A DNA stretch of 64,000 nt from Bacteroides sp. (GTDB lineage: Bacteria > Bacteroidota > Bacteroidia > Bacteroidales > Muribaculaceae). The notes under the pieces are model-generated. The model was given only the letters and a program-made list of their open reading frames with translations. It did no database searches and was not told the origin of the DNA. Positions 1 through 8,165 of this stretch are shown here, piece after piece; within the stretch, counting starts at the first letter, position 1; each line of letters begins with the position of its first letter. The stretch covers positions 40,159 to 104,158 of the forward strand of contig JAAVCJ010000025.1 in the NCBI GenBank assembly GCA_014802385.1, written 5' to 3'. Both the position numbers and the translations under genes were made by a program.

Positions 1-116
1 AACTTAACAGGCTCGGCAAGAAAGGCTGGGAAGCATACGGCTCGGCAACAATTCAGCATGCCGACCACTCCAGTACCCATATCGCCTACCTCAAACGCCC
101 GAAGGTAAAACAATGA
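1..116 (+). CDS. hypothetical protein, C-terminal fragment (gene begins upstream of window)
   Basis: Frame 3 is open from the window edge to TGA at 114-116. The stop overlaps the next ATG (ATGA at 113-116). Absent from the ORF track because it is truncated. Confidence 0.3.
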   Translation, partial: LNRLGKKGWEAYGSATIQHADHSSTHIAYLKRPKVKQ

Positions 117-355
117 CACCCGCTCAAGCACCATTTATACGAGATCCCCGGTATCAACTCGACCTTATAAGGATGGTTTTCGACAAAAAACATATCACGT
201 TCAGCAAAACCGAAGCAGCAAAAATCGTCGGAGGCGAGTACCGGCTTGAAAAACTGGTTATGAACGGCGACATACAAGCCGACAAACCTACAGCCAAGCA
301 AAACGGCAAGTGGTTGTGCAACGCCTTCGACGTGATCATGAACGCTAAATTATAA
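113..355 (+). CDS. small hypothetical protein, possibly DNA-binding
   Basis: 80-aa ORF from the track, ATG start coupled to the upstream stop. No recognisable catalytic motif; the DNA-binding idea is only a guess from size and position. Confidence 0.45.
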   Translation: MTPAQAPFIRDPRYQLDLIRMVFDKKHITFSKTEAAKIVGGEYRLEKLVMNGDIQADKPTAKQNGKWLCNAFDVIMNAKL

Positions 356-712
356 CGGAACTTCCGGCTGCCGTAACAAGAGCCATTGAGCCAAAGAGTC
401 GTAACCGAACAAAGTGACTCGGCACTATACCCGAGCCGTGGGACGTAGCTACGAAGTGCCTACCTATTGCCAAAGTATGGTTAAGAGCCGATTGGCCGCT
501 GAACTCAACCGTGTGTATGTTGCGCGGACTTACATAGAGGGAGGTGATAGATACCTGAAAGTGGATTCGTTGACTTGTCCGATGAAGCCGAGGGGATAAG
601 ACGCACGGAGTAGCGACCGTGCAACACACTGACTGCAAAATGACTACAGCGGTGAGGTACAGCCCCCAGTCAGACAACATGACAACGAGAAAACAACTCA
701 GAACAATATGGA
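356..712 (+). ncRNA. candidate structured non-coding RNA (unclassified)
   Basis: About 360 nt with only implausible short ORFs on either strand. Several stems are visible: CTCGG/CCGAG 418-435, GCACGG/CCGTGC 603-622, CTGACTG/CAGTCAG 629-673. It is directly followed by a tRNA-like element. The strand is assumed from the neighbouring genes. Confidence 0.3.
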
Positions 713-788
713 AGCCATATAGCATAATGGTAATGCACACAACCCAGTCGTGGTTGTGACCATGTCGGTTCGACCCCGCCTATGGCTA
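713..788 (+). tRNA. tRNA-like element with aberrant anticodon arm (GTC/Asp-like loop; possibly pseudo-tRNA or the 3' domain of the upstream ncRNA)
   Basis: Acceptor AGCCATA/TATGGCT. D arm GCAT-AATGGTA-ATGC. T arm GTCGG-TTCGACC-CCGCC with one T.C mismatch. The anticodon arm has a 7-bp stem CACAACC/GGTTGTG and loop CAGTCGT, with A rather than U at position 33. Confidence 0.35.
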
Positions 789-817
789 CTAAATAACCAA
801 TTTAAACAGTACGTAAA

Positions 818-1642
818 ATGAAACAATTCTTTAATTTAATTTTCGCAATGAGTGTAGTCATTGCATTGTCAAGTTGCCACGGTGTACGCCCCGAGGCCGA
901 TGAAGAAGCAGTATTAATCAAAAAACCGTGGTTCTTCGGACATGGCGGCGTTGAGATGGAACCGGCAACAACGGGCTTGACATGGTGTTTTTGGAGTACA
1001 TCATCTGAAACATTCAAAATCACCCCTATTCGTTATGAGGAAACACTCGATGACATTATCTCAAACGAGAATACGCCTCTCGACTTCAAGACTCAGATTA
1101 TCTTGCGAATCCAAAAAGGTAAAAGTCCTGTTTTGCTCCAAAATTATGGCATTAATTGGTATGAGAACAACATTAAAGAAATATACAATAATCTGACCCG
1201 ACACTATGTATCGCAATACTCACCATTCGATTTGACAAGTAACCGTGAAGTGGTTGCACATATTGACTCATGCGTTAAAAATGACATAATTAAATATATC
1301 GCCAAACTATCAGCCGATAAAGAATTTCCCGTCGTAGTAGAGAATGTCATCACCGGCCGTGCGATCCCCAATGAAGCGCAGCTTAAAGAGATGAATAATA
1401 CAGCAGCCCAGATTCAGGCAAAGCAGACTCAAGAACGTCGCTATGAAACTGAGGTGGCACGTGAGCAGGCCGAACGCCAGCGCGCAGTTTCAGATAAAGC
1501 ATATCAGCGCGAAATGGGACTGACTGCCGAGCAGTTCATTAATCTTAAAGCATGGGACGTGATAGCATCTAAGCCAAGCGCCAATATTGACGTATTGTTC
1601 GATGGCGGAGCATCCAACACCATGTGGAATATCCGACGCTGA
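818..1642 (+). CDS. SPFH/band-7 (prohibitin-like) domain lipoprotein
   Basis: 274 aa. N-terminal lipoprotein signal MKQFFNLIFAMSVVIALSSC. The C-terminal Ala/Glu/Gln/Arg-rich helix (AQIQAKQTQERRYETEVAREQAERQRAV) is typical of SPFH-family proteins. Confidence 0.7.
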   Translation: MKQFFNLIFAMSVVIALSSCHGVRPEADEEAVLIKKPWFFGHGGVEMEPATTGLTWCFWSTSSETFKITPIRYEETLDDIISNENTPLDFKTQIILRIQKGKSPVLLQNYGINWYENNIKEIYNNLTRHYVSQYSPFDLTSNREVVAHIDSCVKNDIIKYIAKLSADKEFPVVVENVITGRAIPNEAQLKEMNNTAAQIQAKQTQERRYETEVAREQAERQRAVSDKAYQREMGLTAEQFINLKAWDVIASKPSANIDVLFDGGASNTMWNIRR

Positions 1643-1763
1643 ATAGCAATATATATTGGGCAACCCGTGAGGGCTCCATCGCCAGGAATGGCGAAAACCA
1701 ATCAAGAAATATATGATTTTTCGCTTTTGCTCCTTGGGCGCACTAATAACTCAAGGAGCATTT

Positions 1764-1856
1764 GGAAGTGTGGGTGAGCGGCCGAAACCACCGTCCTGCT
1801 AAGACGGCAAACGCCCCTAAAGCGTTTCGCGGGTTCAAATCCCGCCACTTCCGCCA
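1764..1856 (+). tRNA. tRNA-Ser (anticodon GCT), class II with long variable arm, CCA encoded
   Basis: Acceptor GGAAGTG/CACTTCC. 3-bp D stem GGT/ACC. Anticodon arm CCGTC-CTGCTAA-GACGG. Variable stem AAACGC/GCGTTT. T arm GCGGG-TTCAAAT-CCCGC. Discriminator G followed by CCA. Confidence 0.9.
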
Positions 1857-1876
1857 AATCATTAAATTAAATAATT

Positions 1877-2683
1877 ATGAAAGCTTACAAAGGTTTTAAC
1901 AAAGACATGACATGCCGTGACTTCCAATATGAAGTAGGCAAAGAGTACGAACACAAAGGCAAAGTAGAGGCCTGCGAGAGCGGCTTCCACGCTTGCGAGA
2001 ATCCATTAGATTGTTTCAGTTATTATTCACCCGGTCAATCAGTATTCCACGAAGTAGAACTAAGCGGTAAAACCTCAAAACATGGCGATGACTCAAAAGT
2101 AGCAGCATCGCATATTAAGATTGGGGCGAAACTTGATGTCAGGGGTATATGTAATGCGCACTTTGAATACGTTCGTTCGCGTTGTACATACAAAAAAAAC
2201 GCCAATCATGGCGAACCTGCAGCCGCCGGTTTCAAGGGCAGTGCAGCCGCCGGTGACTATGGCAGTGCAGCCGCCGGTTTCAAGGGCAGTGCAGCCGCCG
2301 GTGACTATGGCAGTGCAGCCGCCGGTGCCTCGGGCAGTGCAGCCGCCGGTTTCAAGGGCAGTGCAGCCGCCGGTGACTCGGGCAGTGCAGCCGCCGGTGA
2401 CTCGGGCAGTGCAGCCGCCGGTGACTATGGCAGTGCAGCCGCCGGTGACTATGGCAGTGCAGCCGCTCGCGGCAATTCGTCTTCTGGAGCTAATGGTATT
2501 TCCGTAGCGCGAGGAAATAATGTCAAAGTGCGTGGCGGAATCGGAGCTATTCTTGTTATAGCCGAAGAAAACGAAGACAACTACTCTATCAAACAGTGGA
2601 AAGCCGCCGTCGTCGATGGCGCCCGTATTAAAGCCGACACATGGTATCAACTCATAGACGGTGAATTTCAGGAAATCAAATAG
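1877..2683 (+). CDS. repeat protein: conserved Cys/His N-domain (KGF..DMTCR..GFHACENPLDC, DUF7666-like) plus about 10 octapeptide GSAAAG(DY/FK/DS) repeats
   Basis: 268-aa ORF. The central region is encoded by near-identical 24-nt tandem units. The other two frames and the antisense frames are also open across the repeat, but only this frame has non-repeat flanking domains. Confidence 0.7.
   Translation: MKAYKGFNKDMTCRDFQYEVGKEYEHKGKVEACESGFHACENPLDCFSYYSPGQSVFHEVELSGKTSKHGDDSKVAASHIKIGAKLDVRGICNAHFEYVRSRCTYKKNANHGEPAAAGFKGSAAAGDYGSAAAGFKGSAAAGDYGSAAAGASGSAAAGFKGSAAAGDSGSAAAGDSGSAAAGDYGSAAAGDYGSAAARGNSSSGANGISVARGNNVKVRGGIGAILVIAEENEDNYSIKQWKAAVVDGARIKADTWYQLIDGEFQEIK
2219..2469 (+). repeat. 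tandem repeat, about 10.5 copies of a 24-nt unit (GCAGCCGCCGGTGACTATGGCAGT and variants)
   Basis: Read directly in the sequence. The units differ only in the 6 nt encoding DY, FK, DS or AS. Confidence 0.9.
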
Positions 2684-2688
2684 AAACA

Positions 2689-3003
2689 ATGGACACAAAA
2701 ATTTGCAAAGAATGTGGCGAGCAACGCCCTATAAATAACTTTAAACTCTCACGTTTTGGCAAACGAGTCGACGTGTGTAACTCGTGCGTGTCAGCCAAAC
2801 GCCGTGAGAATAAAGCCAACAAAAGGCTCGAAATGGGGGGGGGTAAATTGCCGCCCTTTTCCGACCCAGACTTCGACGGCAAAGACCCCGGCGAAGTCGT
2901 GCGCCTGATGGGCCGCGCCCAGCGCTGGCTCCAGTCCCGAGGCTACACAATCCGCCTCGACGGCGAATACACCGAAACCAAAGTACACAAACTTAAATTT
3001 TGA
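2689..3003 (+). CDS. zinc-ribbon protein (CxxC...CxxC)
   Basis: 104 aa with CKEC...CNSC near the N-terminus. Contains a G9 run at 2835-2843 encoding MGGGK. Confidence 0.6.
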   Translation: MDTKICKECGEQRPINNFKLSRFGKRVDVCNSCVSAKRRENKANKRLEMGGGKLPPFSDPDFDGKDPGEVVRLMGRAQRWLQSRGYTIRLDGEYTETKVHKLKF

Positions 3004-3956
3004 TGGAGAGCATAATCTACAACCTCTCAAACGACGATTACCACCGAGGCGACGGCTACCGCGACTATATCTCAAGCACCCAACTCAAAGCCTACGCCAA
3101 GAGTCCCAAGTTCGCCAAGTATATGCTTGACCACCCACAGGAAGAAACCGATGCAATGATCTTCGGGGCACTATTTCACGACTTGATGGCAAGCATGGCG
3201 GAGTATAACGGCGAATGGGATGGCGTAAAAGCATGGCGATTTAATTATGCTGTATTTGAACCGCCGACCAATTCCAAGACCGGGCAACCATACGGAGCAA
3301 ATACAAAGGCTTATGCTGAGGCTTATGCTAAATTTAAGGAAGACAACGCCGATACACTCATAGCCTCACAAGAGGACTTGAACCTTGTCTATGATATGTG
3401 CCATTCGCTATGGTGCAAATGTGGCGCCACCTCCGAGCAAGTCCGCAAACTCCTCAAATGGGGCAAGCCCGAAGTCAGCATCTTCTACGAGACCGAGGAC
3501 GGCATCAAAATCAAGATCCGCCCCGACCTGCTGACACCTAAAAAGATTATCGACTGGAAAACTACCGCACTCGATGACCTGACAGAAGAAAGCATCAACC
3601 GCACCATACTCCGCTACGGTTACCACATAAGCGCGGCAATGTATCAGTACGTCTACCACGCCGTCTCAGGCAAGTGGCTTGACTTCTACCTCATATTCGT
3701 ACAAAAGCAACCCCCTTATGACTGCGTGATGGTTGATATGGCAAACTACGGCTACCGCTATCTGCCCGACGTAGATATGGTGATACCGGGCCCCGGAGCA
3801 TTAGAGTTCCAAAAACTTTTGGACTTGCACACCAAATGCGTCAAAACAAACACGTGGCCCGGCGCCGAAACATTCATCCCCGGCGACCGCTACCGCATTA
3901 TGGAGATTGAGCCGCCGAGATACTATGCAACTAAATTTATCGAAGATGATTATTAA
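3003..3956 (+). CDS. PD-(D/E)XK family exonuclease (recombination exonuclease, YqaJ/RecE-like)
   Basis: The N-terminal LSNDDYHRG...ISSTQLK and IRPDLL...IDWKTT motifs fit PD-(D/E)XK phage exonucleases. The ATG at 3003 overlaps the upstream TGA. Confidence 0.7.
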   Translation: MESIIYNLSNDDYHRGDGYRDYISSTQLKAYAKSPKFAKYMLDHPQEETDAMIFGALFHDLMASMAEYNGEWDGVKAWRFNYAVFEPPTNSKTGQPYGANTKAYAEAYAKFKEDNADTLIASQEDLNLVYDMCHSLWCKCGATSEQVRKLLKWGKPEVSIFYETEDGIKIKIRPDLLTPKKIIDWKTTALDDLTEESINRTILRYGYHISAAMYQYVYHAVSGKWLDFYLIFVQKQPPYDCVMVDMANYGYRYLPDVDMVIPGPGALEFQKLLDLHTKCVKTNTWPGAETFIPGDRYRIMEIEPPRYYATKFIEDDY

Positions 3957-3976
3957 CGATTAAACAATTTGATAAA

Positions 3977-4837
3977 ATGGAAGAAATCAAAGGCTACGAA
4001 GTATTACAAGTCGAAACCCCCACACCGGCACAACTCGTCGGTTCACTTGACCGTGTCGAACGCGCCAACATCGACATTCAGGTAAGCACCGCCAAGCAAT
4101 ACCCCCGCTCAATAAGCCGATGCGTGAACAACGTCGTTGCACTCGCCACAATGGACAAAGACACCGCACAGTCATGCGGTTATGCCCTGCCACGTGGCGG
4201 CAAACCCATCACTGGTCCGTCAGTTCACCTCGCCAAAATTATCGCACAGCAGTATGGCAACCTCCGAGCTGAGGCCAAGGTAGTTGAGATAACCGACCGT
4301 CAAATCGTGTCACGAGGCACAGCCTGGGATCTCGAAAACAACTATGCCGTTGCTTTTGAGGTGCGCCGCTCCATCATCGGCAAGAATGGCAATCGCTTCA
4401 CCGACGACATGATCACCGTCACCGGCAACGCCGCCAACTCAATCGCCTACCGCAACGCAATCTTCGGCGTCGTGCCCAAATCAATCACCGACAAAGCCTA
4501 CCAAGCAGCCCAGCACCTTATCACCGGCGACCTTTCTGACGAAGGAAAGCTAATCAAACGACGCGACAGTGCGATAAAACACTTTGTCGACACTTATGCC
4601 ATCACTGAAGACGAGGTTGTGAAGCTATGCGGCAAACACACCGTCAATCAGATTCAAGCTGCCGAAATCTCTCTGCTTCTCGGCTTCGCCCAATCCCTTA
4701 AAGATGGCGACACCACCGTCGACGAGCTTATGGCACCGTTCCGCAAGGGCAAGGCCTCAACCAAAGGCTCATCGGCAAACCTCTTTGACGAAGACGCCGC
4801 CCCCGTCCGCGAGGATATGGGCGGCATTTTAATTTAA
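3977..4837 (+). CDS. putative single-strand annealing protein (RecT/Red-beta-like), assigned mainly by position
   Basis: 286-aa ORF immediately downstream of the exonuclease, the usual exo plus annealase pairing. I cannot verify family membership by eye. Confidence 0.45.
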   Translation: MEEIKGYEVLQVETPTPAQLVGSLDRVERANIDIQVSTAKQYPRSISRCVNNVVALATMDKDTAQSCGYALPRGGKPITGPSVHLAKIIAQQYGNLRAEAKVVEITDRQIVSRGTAWDLENNYAVAFEVRRSIIGKNGNRFTDDMITVTGNAANSIAYRNAIFGVVPKSITDKAYQAAQHLITGDLSDEGKLIKRRDSAIKHFVDTYAITEDEVVKLCGKHTVNQIQAAEISLLLGFAQSLKDGDTTVDELMAPFRKGKASTKGSSANLFDEDAAPVREDMGGILI

Positions 4838-4843
4838 CCGACC

Positions 4844-5005
4844 ATGCAGATTCCCGACTACAAAGCCAAAGCACTCATCGCCCACCTACGGCGCATCGTC
4901 GAACACGCCCTGTCTGATCCCGCCGACACCCGGATGGCCAATGCCCTCCGGCTCGCAAAAAGCGATCTGCGCACACTCGAAAAACTACTCCCCCGTGACA
5001 CCTAA
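4844..5005 (+). CDS. small hypothetical protein (53 aa)
   Basis: ATG at 4844, TAA at 5003-5005, helical-looking sequence MQIPDYKAKALIAHLRRIVEHAL. Below the ORF-track size cutoff. Confidence 0.35.
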   Translation: MQIPDYKAKALIAHLRRIVEHALSDPADTRMANALRLAKSDLRTLEKLLPRDT

Positions 5006-5216
5006 GTTCCTCGATAACCAACTCTGCGACGGCGGTTACTGCGACATCCGTGACACCTGTGTGCGCTACATAGGCAACATCGACCTCAACGCCGAGGATG
5101 CCTACTACCCCTATATAACATTCAACCGCCGGCCACTACCCTTCGAGTGCCCCTACTACCTCGACCGGGATAACGGCCACTATCCACAAAAACAACCCAA
5201 CAATCCAACAACATGA
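4941..5216 (+). CDS. Cys-rich hypothetical protein (start uncertain; GTG at 4995 would avoid overlap with the 4844-5005 ORF)
   Basis: ORF-track ORF. The CDGGYCDIRDTCVRY...FECPYY motif is in its distal part. Its stop overlaps the next ATG (ATGA). Confidence 0.45.
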   Translation: MPSGSQKAICAHSKNYSPVTPKFLDNQLCDGGYCDIRDTCVRYIGNIDLNAEDAYYPYITFNRRPLPFECPYYLDRDNGHYPQKQPNNPTT

Positions 5217-5683
5217 CCCAAAGAGAACGACTGCAACGCCAGCTCGACCAGCTCAAAACCCGCCACCGCGACATGATGCGCGGTCGCCTCGTGCCATCAT
5301 CACGCGCACAATCACTGCAACGTCAGATACTCGACACTCAGGAACAAATCAAACAACTCGACCTCGATGCCGCCGAACGCCTTGCCCTCGAACGCGCACC
5401 CATCGACGAAATACTCGAGATAATAGCCATTCCGCTCCTTGCCGACGTCATCAACGACGTTGTAGCCGGCGTCGATGCAACACTACGTCGCCGCGGAGCC
5501 CAAGAGACAATCTTCAGCCTCCATACAACCCAAATCCGCAAAAGCGCTATGGCCATTGTCGACACACTCGCCGTCCGTGATCAAAACCTCCCCCGACTCC
5601 TCGACGTCGACGACACCCTCATCGACGCCATCAAAAAGAAAATTATGGCATTCATCCGACAACGCCTCAATATAACCCGATAA
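5213..5683 (+). CDS. hypothetical protein
   Basis: 156-aa ORF whose start and stop are both coupled to neighbouring genes. Confidence 0.6.
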   Translation: MTQRERLQRQLDQLKTRHRDMMRGRLVPSSRAQSLQRQILDTQEQIKQLDLDAAERLALERAPIDEILEIIAIPLLADVINDVVAGVDATLRRRGAQETIFSLHTTQIRKSAMAIVDTLAVRDQNLPRLLDVDDTLIDAIKKKIMAFIRQRLNITR

Positions 5684-5928
5684 TGGATCAACTCACCGAC
5701 ATCGAGCGCCTCGTTTACGACGCCATCAGCGAGATTCAGGACATCAAGCGAGCAGGAGGTCAGTCGCCCGACTACGCCATGCACTTCGAGATAAACAACT
5801 TCCTGCGCCCCGAGCTACCCCCTGGCTTCGAGACGTCGATACTCAAAGCCCTCAGGCTCTTGTGTCGCCGCCGTCTCATCGATTTCCACCACACCGTCAA
5901 CGGCCTCATCATGTTCGGCATAAAATAA
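5683..5928 (+). CDS. hypothetical protein (small, possibly winged-helix)
   Basis: 81-aa ORF in operon context. Confidence 0.5.
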   Translation: MDQLTDIERLVYDAISEIQDIKRAGGQSPDYAMHFEINNFLRPELPPGFETSILKALRLLCRRRLIDFHHTVNGLIMFGIK

Positions 5929-5935
5929 TAAGAAT

Positions 5936-6672
5936 ATGGAAATATCAGGCAAAGTTCATTGTTTCTTTGAACAAAGCGGCACCTTCAAAAACGAGTTTAT
6001 CAAACTCGGCATACCCGCCGAAGATTACGATATTCAAAATAATTTCGGGCAGACCGACCATGTTATTGACTTGTTTGGCGAGATTGAAAAAGCGTATTTG
6101 GGGGGGGGGCAAGCATCTTTGATACAATAAGTTGCGATGATTTGATTATCGCGTTCTTTCCTTGCATATACTTCTCTTGCATGAGTCAGATGGCAATTTC
6201 GTGGGGTAACACTAATTACCGAAAATTGACTTACAAACAAAAAACCGATAAAATATTAGAGAGAGTAACAAATCGAGAGTATTTCTTCGGACTCGCCGTC
6301 AAGATGTTATGTGTCGCACAAGAAAGACGCCTACGCTTGATAATGGAGAATCCCTGGAGCGAACAAACCTATCTGAAAGCCAACTTCGTTATGCCACCTA
6401 CAATAATAGATAATAATAGAATGTTGCGTGGTGATTGTTTCATCAAGCCAACAGCTTATTGGTTCATCAACTGCCAACCAACTAATGGATTTACTCTACA
6501 GAACGATAAACAAAAAAAATCAATAATTTATTGTAAAAGTGGTGCAAAGGCAGGAATATGCTCCGAGGAACGCTCTATGATTTCCCCCGACTATGCAAGG
6601 AACTTTATCTGTGACTTCATTCTCGGCAAGCCCCAACCCGAAATTTGTCCCACCTTATTTGATAACCTATGA
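5936..6672 (+). pseudogene. C5-cytosine DNA methyltransferase-like gene split by a frameshift at a G10 tract (ORFs 5936-6130 and 6142-6672)
   Basis: The N-part carries a motif-I-like FFEQSGTF. The C-part carries FFPCIYFS (a PC motif) and IMENPWS (an ENV-like motif). Frame 1 is open upstream of 6142 back into the G tract (..ASIFDTISCDDLIIAFFPC). A G11 or G8 tract would fuse the two parts. Confidence 0.55.
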
Positions 6673-7403
6673 CCGACTATATAATGCTGCCGAGGGCGTG
6701 GCTTGCCAACGGGGTTATACACGACCCCAATCTCTCACGGTTGTTGCTATATCTGCTCGGCAAGGTAAACGACAATGGCGAGGTGAAATTCAACACAACC
6801 GAGCTTACAAAAGAATTTGGTTGGTCTCGGCAACAATCTCGGACGCTTATTTCTAAACTAAAAAACATTACGGAAGCAACCACCAAATCAAACAGCACAG
6901 CAACCACTCTGCTGTTTGATATTCAAACAAATAAGCAAAAACGGCAACCGCGCCAGCAACCACCAAATCAACCGCAAAAAACAGCTGATAAGCACGGCTA
7001 CGAAAGGTTTATGGACTTCTTTAATGAAACGGTAGCCAACACCTCAATCCCGACGATAACTAAGCTGACTGACGCACGAAAAAAAGCCCTATTATCCATA
7101 TTTAAGGAGTATGACAAAGAAACGGTAGTGCAAGTTATCCGCAAGGCGGTTGCGTCAGACTTCCTTTCTCGGGAATGGGGGAAGGCTGGTTTTGACTGGA
7201 TATTCAAAAAAGCAAACTTCATAAAAATTCTTGAAGGAAATTATGACAACAAACCTACCTCAACAACCCGCGACACAGCAGTCTCTCGCAAGGAGCAACG
7301 TGACCGAGGTTTATCCCTCGCTAACACGATTGTATCAAACTCTGACGACCTCCTCAGTCTCTACTATGATACAAGCGCAGACACCAACGCTCGCAAAGAT
7401 TAA
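6669..7403 (+). CDS. putative replication organiser / DnaD-like DNA-binding protein
   Basis: 244 aa. N-terminal winged-helix-like segment (LLLYLLGKVNDNGEVKFNTTELTKEFGWSRQQSRTLISKL). The C-terminal FLSREWGKAGFDWIFKKANFIKILEGNYDN resembles the conserved phage replication-protein C-terminus. Confidence 0.55.
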   Translation: MTDYIMLPRAWLANGVIHDPNLSRLLLYLLGKVNDNGEVKFNTTELTKEFGWSRQQSRTLISKLKNITEATTKSNSTATTLLFDIQTNKQKRQPRQQPPNQPQKTADKHGYERFMDFFNETVANTSIPTITKLTDARKKALLSIFKEYDKETVVQVIRKAVASDFLSREWGKAGFDWIFKKANFIKILEGNYDNKPTSTTRDTAVSRKEQRDRGLSLANTIVSNSDDLLSLYYDTSADTNARKD

Positions 7404-7932
7404 AAACTCCACCTCCGAGCTGGAACTAAGGGCGCTGCTTTATATCGCCATTTGCGAGGTATGCGACTTCTTCAACGTCGGCAAGAACATGAGCGACACC
7501 CAAATCGCTTTGACTGCCGACTTGATAATCGAAACCTATTGGTACATGAAACTCGAAGAAATCAAATATTGTTTCCGTCGGGCAATGAAGCGCGAGAAAC
7601 TGTTTGACCGAATTGACGGAAATATCATACTCGGTTGGCTCAAAGAATATGACACCGAGCGCACCGAGCAAGCCATCCGAGCCTCCGACCAACAACTCAC
7701 ACAGCAACACAACCAACCCACCGCCGATCCCCGCGCCCGCACCTATCAATCCTACATCAACTCCCTTTGGAATCTCGCCATGTATGCCGATCCCCGCGCC
7801 GTCCAGATACTGTCCGCCCTACACGACACCCCTCCCCCGCGCATGCGACTCACCACCACCCAACAACAACACCAGAACGAATTTGCATTTCAACTATTTC
7901 GCCAACAATACATCCAAAACAAGAAAAAATGA
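7366..7932 (+). CDS. hypothetical protein (start uncertain; the track ORF begins at 7231)
   Basis: ATG at 7366 (MIQAQTPTLAKIKN...) minimises overlap with the preceding gene. Its stop overlaps the next ATG. Confidence 0.5.
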   Translation: MIQAQTPTLAKIKNSTSELELRALLYIAICEVCDFFNVGKNMSDTQIALTADLIIETYWYMKLEEIKYCFRRAMKREKLFDRIDGNIILGWLKEYDTERTEQAIRASDQQLTQQHNQPTADPRARTYQSYINSLWNLAMYADPRAVQILSALHDTPPPRMRLTTTQQQHQNEFAFQLFRQQYIQNKKK

Positions 7933-8165
7933 CCTACGACATTCACCTCGATTCCGAGACCGACAACACGTCCAAGCGACACTCCAACCCCACTTATCCC
8001 TACCGATGCCCCGACCTCGGCTATCACTTCACCCCCGCCGACCACCTCATGATAAAAGTCGCCTGCCGCCGGGCCGCCAAATACATGTCCACCTACGGAC
8101 AAGCACCCGACCAACCGCTCATCGACTTAAAACATTATGCAAACTCAACACCCCAACAGCCATGA
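7929..8165 (+). CDS. hypothetical protein (78 aa)
   Basis: ATG at 7929 inside track ORF 7767-8165, coupled on both sides (ATGA at 7929-7932; stop overlaps the dUTPase start). Confidence 0.45.
   Translation: MTYDIHLDSETDNTSKRHSNPTYPYRCPDLGYHFTPADHLMIKVACRRAAKYMSTYGQAPDQPLIDLKHYANSTPQQP

Noticed and set aside
2093-2698. ORFs 2121-2507 (plus) and 2093-2698 (minus) across the 24-nt repeat
   Set aside because: Open only because the tandem repeat lacks stops in every frame. Only the 1877-2683 frame has non-repeat N- and C-terminal domains.
7604-8161. N-terminal 186 codons of the 351-aa ORF that ends as dUTPase, plus overlapping ORFs 7767-7928 and 8175-8477
   Set aside because: The upstream part is Pro/Thr/Ser-rich off-frame read-through of the real genes 7366-7932 and 7929-8165. 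The dUTPase fold starts at the ATG at 8162.
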